A stretch of 58,392 bases of DNA, taken from a virus (taxonomy: Duplodnaviria > Caudoviricetes). Positions 1 through 8,344 of the stretch are shown here, piece after piece. The stretch lies in IMG/VR virus record IMGVR_UViG_3300021427_000036, positions 1 to 58,392 of that record, one strand, 5' to 3'. How positions within the stretch are numbered: position 1 is the stretch's first letter; every line of letters begins with the position of its first letter. A program made the position numbers and the translations under genes. A model generated the notes under the pieces. That model did not search any database. It saw only the letters and a program-made list of their open reading frames with translations, and was not told the origin of the DNA.

Positions 1-138
1 GGGGAGTTCGGCGAAGAAGTCAACAACAGCCCCTGCTGCAGTTGACAATCCATCAACCAAACCGTTCCAGACATCCGCAAACCAAGAACCAACTCCAGAC
101 ACGAATCCTGTGATAGCATTCCAGATATCACTGAAGAA
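1..138. repeat. Terminal direct repeat copy 1 (contig-end overlap; circular or permuted genome)
   Basis: 1-138 is identical to 58255-58392 except positions 10-12 (GGC vs CTG). Confidence 0.95.
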
Positions 139-1704
139 TCCTTTGACAGCCTCCCAGGCATCCCCGACTGCACCCTTGATGTCTCGCCACTTCTCTTCCC
201 AACTGGTGAAGAATTCCCACACCGCATCCCAAGCTGCAACGAAAAAGTCAGCTATGGCCTGACCCCAGCGCTTCAGGTCTTCCCAAAGATCCTTGACACC
301 CTCCCGGAAATCTTCACAATGGAACCAAAGGAGAACAAGAGCAGCAATTACGGCGATGATCGCAGCGATGACCCAGAACCAAGGAGACAGGAGAAGTGAT
401 GCGCTGAGAAGACTATTTGCTCCAGCTGCTGCTCTCATGCCGCCAGCTATCGCATAGAAGGCATTCCCAATCTCAGCGATGACTCGGATTGCTCGTACCA
501 TATTGCCGACAGTCAACAGGAATCCACCCGCTATCACGGACAGAAGTCCAAAAGCCCCGATCGCACCAACGATAGCTGATTTGAACGGACCAGGCAAACG
601 ATCAAACCAGAGAAGGAGATCTCGGAGACCATCTATCCAACTCTTGACCATGGTCTGGAATGGTCCACCAGCTTCCACCATGATCGCAGACCATGTGGCC
701 TTCAGTCGCTTGAGAGAACCATCTAGGTTATCGACACGTTCCGTAGCAACGTCAAGAGCAGTTGTCCGCTCAATCTCAGCACGGATATTTGCGAATCCCT
801 CAGCACCCAGGTTGAGTAACTCGAGAACTGATGGCATGGCTCGAACACCGAAGATGTCCTGGATGACCTTGACCTTGGCCTGCTCACCCATACCCTCAGT
901 CTTCTGCATCAGGATTTCCATGGCATCAGCAAGGCCGATGAGACTACCATCTGCAGCAGTGAACTCCTTGACCAGACCGTCTTCTCCGACAGTCAAGCCA
1001 AGACTCGTCATCGCATCCGAAGCCTTTTCAGTGGATGGAATCAGGTGTGTCATCATGAACCGCAGTGAAGTACCGGCGGTCGAACCCTTGATGCCCACCT
1101 TACCAAGAATGGAGAGTGCCTGGACAGTTTCCTCGAGCGAGAGACCTAGTGCCTCGGCAACGGGACCCGCATAGCGCATCGTTGTTACGATGTCTTGCAG
1201 ATCAACCGAGGAGGCGTTAGCAGCACCAGCGAGTTGATCAGTGACATGAGCAGCATCCTCCGCACCCAAGCGGTAGGTGTTCATAATGTTGATGAGGTTC
1301 TCACCCGCAAACGGAATATCAACATCAGCCGCAGTGGCCAGATTGACTGCTGCCAATCCCACACCATCAATGATCTGTTCGGCACTGGCGCCAGCCTTGA
1401 CCAATTCCACAAAGGCCTGAGACAGTTCAACCGGACCAAAGATGGATTCCTTACCCAGCTTGAGAGCCGCATCTCTCAGCTTATCCATCTCTTCTTCAGA
1501 GGCATTGGTGATGGCACTAACGAAGTCCATCTCCTTCTCGAACTTGGCTGCTTCTCCCACGATAGCAGCAAAGGCACCAATGGCCTTCATACCCATGTTG
1601 ACCATGCTGTCACCAGCAGAGCGCAGAGCTATGTCCGCATTCTTCAGATCAGAGGTATTGATCCGAATTTCACCATGAGCTACACCGAGGTTCATTCCAG
1701 GCAT
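1..1704 (-). CDS. Tape measure protein, N-terminal part (TP901-type; absent from ORF track because it runs off the contig end)
   Basis: SD GGAGG then ATG at 1704; manual translation MPGMNLGVAHGEIRIN...AAKFEKEMDFVSAITNASEEEMDKLRDAALKLGKESIFGPVELSQAFVELVKAG resembles the phage minor-tail/TMP core; follows the tail chaperones; in frame with the 58356-57274 ORF across the overlap. Confidence 0.9.
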   Translation of the reverse strand, partial: MPGMNLGVAHGEIRINTSDLKNADIALRSAGDSMVNMGMKAIGAFAAIVGEAAKFEKEMDFVSAITNASEEEMDKLRDAALKLGKESIFGPVELSQAFVELVKAGASAEQIIDGVGLAAVNLATAADVDIPFAGENLINIMNTYRLGAEDAAHVTDQLAGAANASSVDLQDIVTTMRYAGPVAEALGLSLEETVQALSILGKVGIKGSTAGTSLRFMMTHLIPSTEKASDAMTSLGLTVGEDGLVKEFTAADGSLIGLADAMEILMQKTEGMGEQAKVKVIQDIFGVRAMPSVLELLNLGAEGFANIRAEIERTTALDVATERVDNLDGSLKRLKATWSAIMVEAGGPFQTMVKSWIDGLRDLLLWFDRLPGPFKSAIVGAIGAFGLLSVIAGGFLLTVGNMVRAIRVIAEIGNAFYAIAGGMRAAAGANSLLSASLLLSPWFWVIAAIIAVIAALVLLWFHCEDFREGVKDLWEDLKRWGQAIADFFVAAWDAVWEFFTSWEEKWRDIKGAVGDAWEAVKGFFSDIWNAITGFVSGVGSWFADVWNGLVDGLSTAAGAVVDFFAELP

Positions 1705-1716
1705 GACACCTCCTTC

Positions 1717-2002
1717 CTACGTCTTTGTCACTGGTCTGCTCCCAACTTGTCGGAATCTCTTTTCGGGTGCTACGTCAAGCAACTGCAGCAGTTTGTTATG
1801 CCGCTTTCGCTCAACATCCTTAGCCTTCTTACCCTCGATCTTCTCCAATTCCGAGGTGATGTAGTTTCCCCAAGCTCCTATCGCCTCGTCGAAGCAGTAA
1901 GCGACATAAGAATCCTGGATGTCAAACATCTCACTGGGTCTCTTCACCCACTGCTTAGCTGTCTGGTAGAGACTCCATGAGAGCTGCTTGTTGCTCACGA
2001 AA
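1717..2002 (-). CDS. Tail assembly chaperone frameshift extension (gpT-like)
   Basis: Open frame overlapping the 3' end of the chaperone, no convincing own start, ends just before TMP; lies in the +1 frame. Confidence 0.7.
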
Positions 2003-2506
2003 TCTTTCCAGATTGGACGTACCTCCAACCGCCACCCCGAAGATGTACATCCGATCATCGAAATCTACATCGTCGACGTAGAGAGCATCAGGATCCCTAC
2101 CATCAGGGTCAGGGACTTGCTTGCCATCTACCATCATCATGGGTACCGGTAGAACTACGGGGTCAATGCAACAGTACACCGTCACTGCACTGGAGAGGTC
2201 GATGATCTGTTGGAGGGTTTCTTTGTTCTCCAACATACTGACCAGGTCATCATCTTTCGGAGGACCTCCCCGCTTCATAGCACCCATGATGATCGGCATA
2301 AGACCGTTGGGAATTACCCCCTGGGTAACGAACACCTCGATACCGGGTGTCCGGATCTTGGCGATGTTACCGCTAGGTACACGAACGAGGATGCCCTCGG
2401 AGCTCTTTTTCTTCCAAGCTTGCGCCGGGGTAGGAGCTTCGAGGACATCCTCAGGTGGCGGCTTCTTCTTAGCCGTCGTTCGTTTCGTTGGTTCTACCAT
2501 TTCCAC
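1955..2506 (-). CDS. Tail assembly chaperone (gpG-like)
   Basis: Between major tail and TMP; SD GGAGG; overlapping second frame. Confidence 0.8.
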   Translation of the reverse strand: MEMVEPTKRTTAKKKPPPEDVLEAPTPAQAWKKKSSEGILVRVPSGNIAKIRTPGIEVFVTQGVIPNGLMPIIMGAMKRGGPPKDDDLVSMLENKETLQQIIDLSSAVTVYCCIDPVVLPVPMMMVDGKQVPDPDGRDPDALYVDDVDFDDRMYIFGVAVGGTSNLERFREQQAALMESLPDS

Positions 2507-2535
2507 TGACCTCCTAGGGTTCCGGGATGGTGACG

Positions 2536-3078
2536 TTACGGCGTAACGTCGATTGCAGTAGCTGTCTCGTTCCAGGTGAAGGTGTAGAGGTTGTCATCCT
2601 CATCACCGATGCCTTGTCCTGAACAGCTGGTCACGAAGAACTCCCCGTCGGTGAACTCACCTTCGATGTTCTCCGTGATCTTCGCCTTGTAGATGGTCAC
2701 GTGCGTGTCTCCGTTGACGTCGTTGATCGCCTGACCATCAATACGGAAGTACGGACGTGCATCTGTGGTTTTCTTCGTGAGGGACTTGACCTCAGCTGGT
2801 GTGGTACCAGTTGAAGTCACGAGTCCTCCGCTCATGACCGACCAGGCGTCAAGCGAAATGCCTCCAGCCTCTAGGTCGAACTCAACGGTGGGCCCTTGTC
2901 CGTGAACCGCCACCAGGCGGTCATCTCCTCGCAGCTCTTGGTACTCCTCAGCCTCACTGAAGCTGAGCGTCTGAGCGACGGGAAGATCAACGGATGTACC
3001 CAAGGTCCCATCCGCAGCAATTGGCGTTACCTTGATATCTCGGATACCATAGGGCAACGCCGGATCAGCGAGAGCCAT
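2536..3078 (-). CDS. Major tail (tube) protein
   Basis: LPYGIRDIKVTP...EEYQELRGDD...EGEFTDGEFFVTSCSG resembles actinophage tail tube proteins; synteny. Confidence 0.85.
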   Translation of the reverse strand: MALADPALPYGIRDIKVTPIAADGTLGTSVDLPVAQTLSFSEAEEYQELRGDDRLVAVHGQGPTVEFDLEAGGISLDAWSVMSGGLVTSTGTTPAEVKSLTKKTTDARPYFRIDGQAINDVNGDTHVTIYKAKITENIEGEFTDGEFFVTSCSGQGIGDEDDNLYTFTWNETATAIDVTP

Positions 3079-3280
3079 CTAGGCCCTCCTTTCTGTTCCG
3101 AGTTGGATGGATGGGTGCCTTGAACTTGAGAGTTTCGACAAGCTCTCCTGTCTCCGGCTTGAACCGATGAAGCACCACATTGCCCGGTTCCTTACCGCAG
3201 AAACGACTATCGCAGTTGACCTCTAGTAGGCCATCATCTAACATTCGCCCATGCAGTTTGTTTCCGCAATGCAGGTCCAT
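3065..3280 (-). CDS. Small Cys/His protein, possible Com-like zinc finger
   Basis: MDLHCGNKLHG...LEVNCDSRFCG; overlaps the major tail start. Confidence 0.55.
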   Translation of the reverse strand: MDLHCGNKLHGRMLDDGLLEVNCDSRFCGKEPGNVVLHRFKPETGELVETLKFKAPIHPTRNRKEGLDGSR

Positions 3281-3295
3281 CTTCCGTGGACGTCC

Positions 3296-3640
3296 CTACG
3301 AATTCTTCGACGCATTGCGCGTCGATTGCCCCACTTCATCGTCGCCGGACGCCACGGACGATTCGGGATCGCTTTGGGACGCTTCGGGATGTGACGATGA
3401 AGGTGAAGTCGCCGAACTCGACTCGTCAGAGGTCTCATCCGCCTCTTCCTCATCGACTATGACGAATTCTGTAGGTAGTCTTTCAACCAACGAATCACTC
3501 GTCTGGTTGTTCATCACGACTGTGAAGTTGTTTTCCTTGTTCCACACCAACTCCTCGTCCTTGTGCTTGATGCCGAGTGCATCCAGATCACTGGCACGAA
3601 GAATCCGAGTATGGCCGAGGATGTAACGAACTGACTTCAT
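3296..3640 (-). CDS. Hypothetical virion-region protein with acidic Ser-rich tail
   Basis: SD GAGGAGG; operon position. Confidence 0.7.
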   Translation of the reverse strand: MKSVRYILGHTRILRASDLDALGIKHKDEELVWNKENNFTVVMNNQTSDSLVERLPTEFVIVDEEEADETSDESSSATSPSSSHPEASQSDPESSVASGDDEVGQSTRNASKNS

Positions 3641-3648
3641 GACCTCTC

Positions 3649-4047
3649 CTAGACTTTGTGAACTACTTGGATTCGAGCAAACTTCATGATGGTACCCATG
3701 TCGTCATCTCGAACATCCTCGCTGGTCTCAAGCCAGAGACTCTTGGCGACCCCATTGGCTTGATCAACGGTATCCTGAAACAAGAGTTTCATCTGCTCCA
3801 GGATCTCGTCAATCTTCAGGTAATCACCCGGCACATCATGGACGAAGATCATGTATCCGTTGGATCGAATTCGTTCTTGCCCATCACCTCGGAGGGTACT
3901 TACGTCACTCGTCTGCCGATACATGGTGAAGGGCTTTTGGTGTGGGGCGGTGTTCAACGACGTCGTCTGGTGGATGCCACCTGGAAGCAAGCTCACCAGC
4001 GGAGCAGAAGCCACCATTCTTTGGTAGAGCCAACTCCTAGTCGACAT
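3649..4047 (-). CDS. Tail terminator / tail completion protein
   Basis: Size and position; residues like IFVHDVPGDYLKID. Confidence 0.7.
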   Translation of the reverse strand: MSTRSWLYQRMVASAPLVSLLPGGIHQTTSLNTAPHQKPFTMYRQTSDVSTLRGDGQERIRSNGYMIFVHDVPGDYLKIDEILEQMKLLFQDTVDQANGVAKSLWLETSEDVRDDDMGTIMKFARIQVVHKV

Positions 4048-4468
4048 AGTAGATTATCTCCCCACACATGCCTCGCATGTCTTTGTAGATCTTTGGTCCC
4101 ATCGCTTCGATCGTAGGAATGATGATGGCAAACCGGCCACCATTGCGAACTTCCAGGTAGATACCGTACTCAACGGTATGACTCAGGATAAGGCTAACCT
4201 GGTCATTATCTGCCCAACCTTCAGCAAACAACCCTCGACGAGCATCACCCGTGTCATCTTCCCAGGGAGCATTATCTTGAGCATAGGCAACGAGTTCACC
4301 AGCAAACTTCTGGGCCGCGTCGATGACTCCATCACCCGTCTTGAACTCAAAGTTCGCAAGTCCCTTGGTCAAGGTATCTATGGTGTAGAACTTGTTCTTC
4401 TCAAAACGACGCGCCTTGCGAAAGCGACCTCGTTCATCTCGGAAGTTGATTCTGTCCCCGAAAGCCAT
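4037..4468 (-). CDS. HK97-gp10-like neck/tail component
   Basis: NAPWEDDTGDARRGL and HTVEYGIYLEV motifs; start taken at ATG 4468. Confidence 0.75.
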   Translation of the reverse strand: MAFGDRINFRDERGRFRKARRFEKNKFYTIDTLTKGLANFEFKTGDGVIDAAQKFAGELVAYAQDNAPWEDDTGDARRGLFAEGWADNDQVSLILSHTVEYGIYLEVRNGGRFAIIIPTIEAMGPKIYKDMRGMCGEIIYYVD

Positions 4469-4470
4469 GA

Positions 4471-4887
4471 CTACCCCCGATAGAGTAGACCGGCTTGCCC
4501 TCGATCCCAAAGTCGGGCAGACAGGAAGGTGACTGTGTACAACCCTGGCTGAAGTCGATCAGTGACCGGGTTGGTGTCCACTTCGGGATAGAAGAAATCA
4601 TCCACCTCAATGTCGGATCCTCTGTTGAAGATCAGAATCCAGTGGATCAGCTCCACCTTCTCCTCCCCGAAAGTCTGAGGGTTGAAGGTGTACTCCGTCG
4701 TCAACCGTCGCTTGAACGGATACAAAGCCATGATCTGTTCAGCCAGGCTATCGGAGTTTGTCGTCGTTCGACCACCTGCCGTGGTAGATATCCACACAGG
4801 CCGATGGAGGGTGATGTTCAACGGATCAGCCCCGATGAAGTGATCCATCAAACGATCTCGTTGCTGAAGCTCTGACCAGGAACCCAT
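4471..4887 (-). CDS. Head-to-tail stopper (putative)
   Basis: Synteny after adaptor; beta-rich 138 aa. Confidence 0.6.
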   Translation of the reverse strand: MGSWSELQQRDRLMDHFIGADPLNITLHRPVWISTTAGGRTTTNSDSLAEQIMALYPFKRRLTTEYTFNPQTFGEEKVELIHWILIFNRGSDIEVDDFFYPEVDTNPVTDRLQPGLYTVTFLSARLWDRGQAGLLYRG

Positions 4888-5219
4888 CAGGTCTGTCTCA
4901 CGATCTTGCCCATCCGAGCACGCCCTCGTGATGGTGTGGGAACGTAGCCGACGTAGCGATCAGCCATGCGAATAGCCTGTCGATGAAGGTCGCTCAGTTC
5001 TCGTGCAGCGTTACCTTCGTTGACGTTCACCAGGTTTGCATAGTTTGCTGCCTTCTCCATCCAACCCCAGTAGGCAGCAGCAAAGGGGTCGTTACCTCCT
5101 GCTTCCAGAAAGTCTGCGATGTCCTCGTCAGAGAACATGGTGTTCGCAGCCGTGCCGCCAACTGGAATGCTCTCGCCTACCAGTGCTCTTGTTCTGTCGT
5201 CAAGACTGCGAATCACCAC
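4887..5219 (-). CDS. Head-to-tail adaptor
   Basis: FSDEDIADFL...AAAYWGWMEKAANYANLVNVNEG, typical of gp6/gp15-type adaptors. Confidence 0.7.
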   Translation of the reverse strand: MVIRSLDDRTRALVGESIPVGGTAANTMFSDEDIADFLEAGGNDPFAAAYWGWMEKAANYANLVNVNEGNAARELSDLHRQAIRMADRYVGYVPTPSRGRARMGKIVRQT

Positions 5220-5231
5220 GATTCCCTTCTG

Positions 5232-5654
5232 TTAGACCGATTCCTCGGTCTCTTCCTCTTCGTAGTCCTCCTCGAACAGTTCATCCGAGTCGAACCTGCG
5301 CAGCCGGCCGACCATCTCTTCCTTGTTGCCAGCTACGGACAAACCGCGCTTGGCTAGTTCGGCACGACGCTTGTCGTTGTTCCAACCCTCCTCGTTGGAG
5401 TATTCGGACCCAACGCCGGAGTACTCGCCCTCGTCTTCGACGATTCCACCAGCGTCGCCCATGACGGGGACGGTCTGCTCTTCGAGGGGTGTGACTCGGC
5501 TCTCGGACGAGGCCTCCTCCTCGTCCTCTTCCCCCTCAGGTGGATCTGGCATCTCATAGCCAGCAGGCAGTTGCCCACGTACTCTGAGGTACTCAGCCTC
5601 CTCCCAAGTGAGGTTGCCATTCTCGATGGCTTCGGGATCGATTTCTCTGGTCAA
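5232..5654 (-). CDS. Acidic protein with C-terminal SAP/HeH DNA-binding motif
   Basis: WNNDKRRAELAKRGLSVAGNKEEMVGRLRRFD matches the SAP pattern; likely TTG start after GAAAGGA. Confidence 0.7.
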   Translation of the reverse strand: MTREIDPEAIENGNLTWEEAEYLRVRGQLPAGYEMPDPPEGEEDEEEASSESRVTPLEEQTVPVMGDAGGIVEDEGEYSGVGSEYSNEEGWNNDKRRAELAKRGLSVAGNKEEMVGRLRRFDSDELFEEDYEEEETEESV

Positions 5655-5678
5655 CTCATGTCCTTTCTGTGAGGATGA

Positions 5679-5712
5679 CCTGGTCACCGTCGTTGGGAAA
5701 ACGGTGACCAGG
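5679..5712 (-). terminator. Stem-loop after major capsid gene
   Basis: CCTGGTCACCGT (5679-5690) / ACGGTGACCAGG (5701-5712) 12-bp inverted repeat. Confidence 0.7.
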
Positions 5713-5720
5713 CCAAATCA

Positions 5721-6935
5721 TCAGGCGTAGATGCTCGGGACGGTGTAGGAACCGGCTGCAGTGATCTGCATGACCGCTCCAGCACCCCGATGCCGAACGC
5801 CTGTACCGAACCCGTGCAGGTAGAACGAGTCGATGAGGGGGTAGTCGTTGTCCCGACCCTTGACGAGTCGGAGACCACGGAGGGAGGCCTGTTCGTGCTG
5901 GCGAATACCAACCGGGTTACCGATGTTCTCGATACCCCCAGTCGCAAACGCGAACATGTAGCCGGCCGGGATATAGTCCTCCTCGACGATGGTGAACTGG
6001 CCGTACGAACCGATGGTGATGAGACCGGGGAAGGTCCGCATCTGCGGAGCCCCGATGATGCCACCATTGGCTGGCAAGTACATGCCTCCACCCACGTTGT
6101 TGCTGGGGATGAAGTCGTACTTGGCGCCAGTCGCCACCTTGAAGGAACGGATGACCGAGCCCTGTGCCTGGTTGACCATGAGGACCAAGCTGTACCCCTG
6201 AAGCTGGCCGTAGCCGTGCTCAGTGATCAAAGCCTGGAGGTCATCCAAGTCACCGGAAACGACCGTTGCACCACCGCTGGTCACGTAGTGCTGGTGACCA
6301 GTAGCGAACGTCGTGACCTTCCACTTCGGAGGCACCATGGTGTCGCCGTTGTAGAAGGGGTAGACGTTGACATCCTGGCCGTCGATGTCGGCGATCCGAG
6401 TGGTGTTGTTGAAGACCTGCTTGAGAATCTTCGTGAACATCAGCCGGTTGTCGGCTTCGAGGGCCGTGTTGTGCAACGACTCCAGTTGATCGGCCGTCGA
6501 CTCGGCAAGCATCATCCACGTGTAGCGGATGGCCAAGTCGTAGAACTTGAACCCGAATCCCATGCGGAACGGTGGGCCCAACCGGATACCGACCGGCTCA
6601 CCGAACTCCGATGCTTCTTCGAAGTCCTGTTCGATGGGGTATCGCACACCCTCGATGTTGTTGGTGACGTTGTAGGTCAGGATGTTCGTGATCGAGTCAC
6701 GCTGTTGGTTCCAGAGACGGATGATCCTCTGGAAGTTGTCCCACATCCTGTTGAGTGGGAAGCCATCAGTCGTCTCGGTGATGACATCGCCCCGCTCGTT
6801 GTAACCCTCTTCTTGACCGAAGAGGAACAGCGGCAGGTTGAGCCAGTCCGAGAGATCCTGAGGCTCGTCCGGGTGGAATCCCAAGTTGAGGGCTCCACGG
6901 ATGGTCAGGGAACGGTCTTTGACGTTTGTGATCAT
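5721..6935 (-). CDS. Major capsid protein
   Basis: 404 aa after scaffold and decoration genes; FEEASEFGEP, IVEEDYIPAGY and GFGTGVRHRGAG; followed by a hairpin. Confidence 0.85.
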   Translation of the reverse strand: MITNVKDRSLTIRGALNLGFHPDEPQDLSDWLNLPLFLFGQEEGYNERGDVITETTDGFPLNRMWDNFQRIIRLWNQQRDSITNILTYNVTNNIEGVRYPIEQDFEEASEFGEPVGIRLGPPFRMGFGFKFYDLAIRYTWMMLAESTADQLESLHNTALEADNRLMFTKILKQVFNNTTRIADIDGQDVNVYPFYNGDTMVPPKWKVTTFATGHQHYVTSGGATVVSGDLDDLQALITEHGYGQLQGYSLVLMVNQAQGSVIRSFKVATGAKYDFIPSNNVGGGMYLPANGGIIGAPQMRTFPGLITIGSYGQFTIVEEDYIPAGYMFAFATGGIENIGNPVGIRQHEQASLRGLRLVKGRDNDYPLIDSFYLHGFGTGVRHRGAGAVMQITAAGSYTVPSIYA

Positions 6936-6947
6936 GTGTGCCTCCTC

Positions 6948-7325
6948 TCAGGTTCCGATGAACTGGCCGGGAACGATGCGGACGATGAGTCGATCACCTT
7001 CGACAGTGTGGCCAACGACTACCTGAGTCGCTGACTTCGCTGCAGAGCTGACCACCCCAGTGGTGGTGTTGGCCGTGTAGACGGTCCCTGCCACACCCCC
7101 GAACTCGACGAGTTCGCCGTTGGTCAGGACATCTTGAGGATCTCCTGCGGCCTTGTCGAATGGGGATACCAGGAGACCGACGATTCCAGTCTGACCGGCT
7201 CCGATAACCACTCTGCCACTCGAGTTGATGCCCACACCAAGGGGTGCGGCACCACCTGTCAAAGCGGCACTGAGAGGCGCACGGAAAACACCGATTGCAG
7301 AATCGGTTTTGTCGATGCGTGCCAT
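6948..7325 (-). CDS. Capsid decoration/cement-like protein
   Basis: 125 aa G/V/T-rich, between scaffold and MCP. Confidence 0.65.
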   Translation of the reverse strand: MARIDKTDSAIGVFRAPLSAALTGGAAPLGVGINSSGRVVIGAGQTGIVGLLVSPFDKAAGDPQDVLTNGELVEFGGVAGTVYTANTTTGVVSSAAKSATQVVVGHTVEGDRLIVRIVPGQFIGT

Positions 7326-7356
7326 ATTTGGCTGTTATCCCTTCTTTGTTGGCTAG

Positions 7357-8034
7357 TTAGGAGCTGCTTTGACCCCTGTTCGTCATGCTCCTCGCCAAAG
7401 CGGGGAACTTTTCGATCAAGGCATCTTCGTCAACTTCCTTCTGGGACTTGCGACTGCCTCCGAACTTTGAGCCCGACTTGTCCTCTTGGCCATCAGCCAA
7501 AATGAGATGAGGCTTCGCCTTCGCCAAAGCATCTAGTGCAGACTTCACTGACGCTTCATCCAACTCGATCACCGAGGGATCATCTTCGTCTTGTTCTACG
7601 TCGATTTCACCTCGGTCAACGAGCTTCAGAGCATCGTCAACATCCCGGAACTTCAGCTTCTGAGCAACCTTCAGAATGGCGTTGTCGACCGCCTTCGTCT
7701 TGAGTGCTGCAGCGAGCTTCTGTGCCTTGGACTCGGCCTTGGAAGCATTCTCCTTAGCTTGGTCCGTTTCTGACTTCTCCTTGGAGTCCACGTCCTCGAG
7801 CTTCTTGGCCATTGCCTTGTGCTCGCGTTCGAACTTCTTCCGAAGATTCCTCTCCTTCCGAAGTGCTGACTTCAAAGCGTCAGTGTTTTCGGGCTTGTCC
7901 TTGTCTTCCTTCTCCTCGTCTTCATCCTCGGATTCATCTTTGTCCTCAGACTCCTCGTCTTTGTCCTCAGAGTCATCCGTCTCGAAGCCCCGAATTCGGA
8001 GGTTCTGCAACAAGAGTGGCAAGTCCTTACGCAT
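7357..8034 (-). CDS. Scaffolding protein
   Basis: Acidic N-terminus, coiled coil (ALKSALRKER), ALDALAKAKPHL motif. Confidence 0.8.
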   Translation of the reverse strand: MRKDLPLLLQNLRIRGFETDDSEDKDEESEDKDESEDEDEEKEDKDKPENTDALKSALRKERNLRKKFEREHKAMAKKLEDVDSKEKSETDQAKENASKAESKAQKLAAALKTKAVDNAILKVAQKLKFRDVDDALKLVDRGEIDVEQDEDDPSVIELDEASVKSALDALAKAKPHLILADGQEDKSGSKFGGSRKSQKEVDEDALIEKFPALARSMTNRGQSSS

Positions 8035-8061
8035 CTCGCGTTTCCTTTCTGAGCCTCTCGC

Positions 8062-8142
8062 TCAATTCACTAACATTCCGATCAGAAGCAAGATCACAAC
8101 AACTATGATAGCTAATGTTACAGCCATCCAAAATCGCTGCAT
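8062..8142 (-). CDS. Small single-TM peptide (26 aa)
   Basis: MQRFWMAVTLAIIVVVILLLIGMLVN with upstream GAGGAAG. Confidence 0.5.
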   Translation of the reverse strand: MQRFWMAVTLAIIVVVILLLIGMLVN

Positions 8143-8176
8143 TGCTTCTTCCTCTTCTTCTTGAGCCGAAACGACA

Positions 8177-8332
8177 CTACTCGTCGTCGTCGGGAGCTGG
8201 TTCGTCCGGATGCGGAAGATCAGGATCGGGCTCCGCCGGAGGCGGAACACTGGGGCCAGGGACCTGCGGGGGAGCTACGTCAGGCTCCACCGTATCTCCC
8301 GGTACACGGTCTGGATTTGGTACATCACTCAT
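8177..8332 (-). CDS. 51-aa Pro/Asp-rich disordered peptide (not in ORF track)
   Basis: SD GAGGAG; MSDVPNPDRVPGDTVEPDVAPPQVPGPSVPPPAEPDPDLPHPDEPAPDDDE. Confidence 0.55.
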   Translation of the reverse strand: MSDVPNPDRVPGDTVEPDVAPPQVPGPSVPPPAEPDPDLPHPDEPAPDDDE

Positions 8333-8344
8333 CTTTTTCTCCTC

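Noticed and set aside
479-7034. Long plus-strand ORFs (479-1174, 1195-1980, 5790-7034 and similar elsewhere)
   Set aside because: Antisense shadows of TMP, capsid and other minus-strand genes; no motifs or SD
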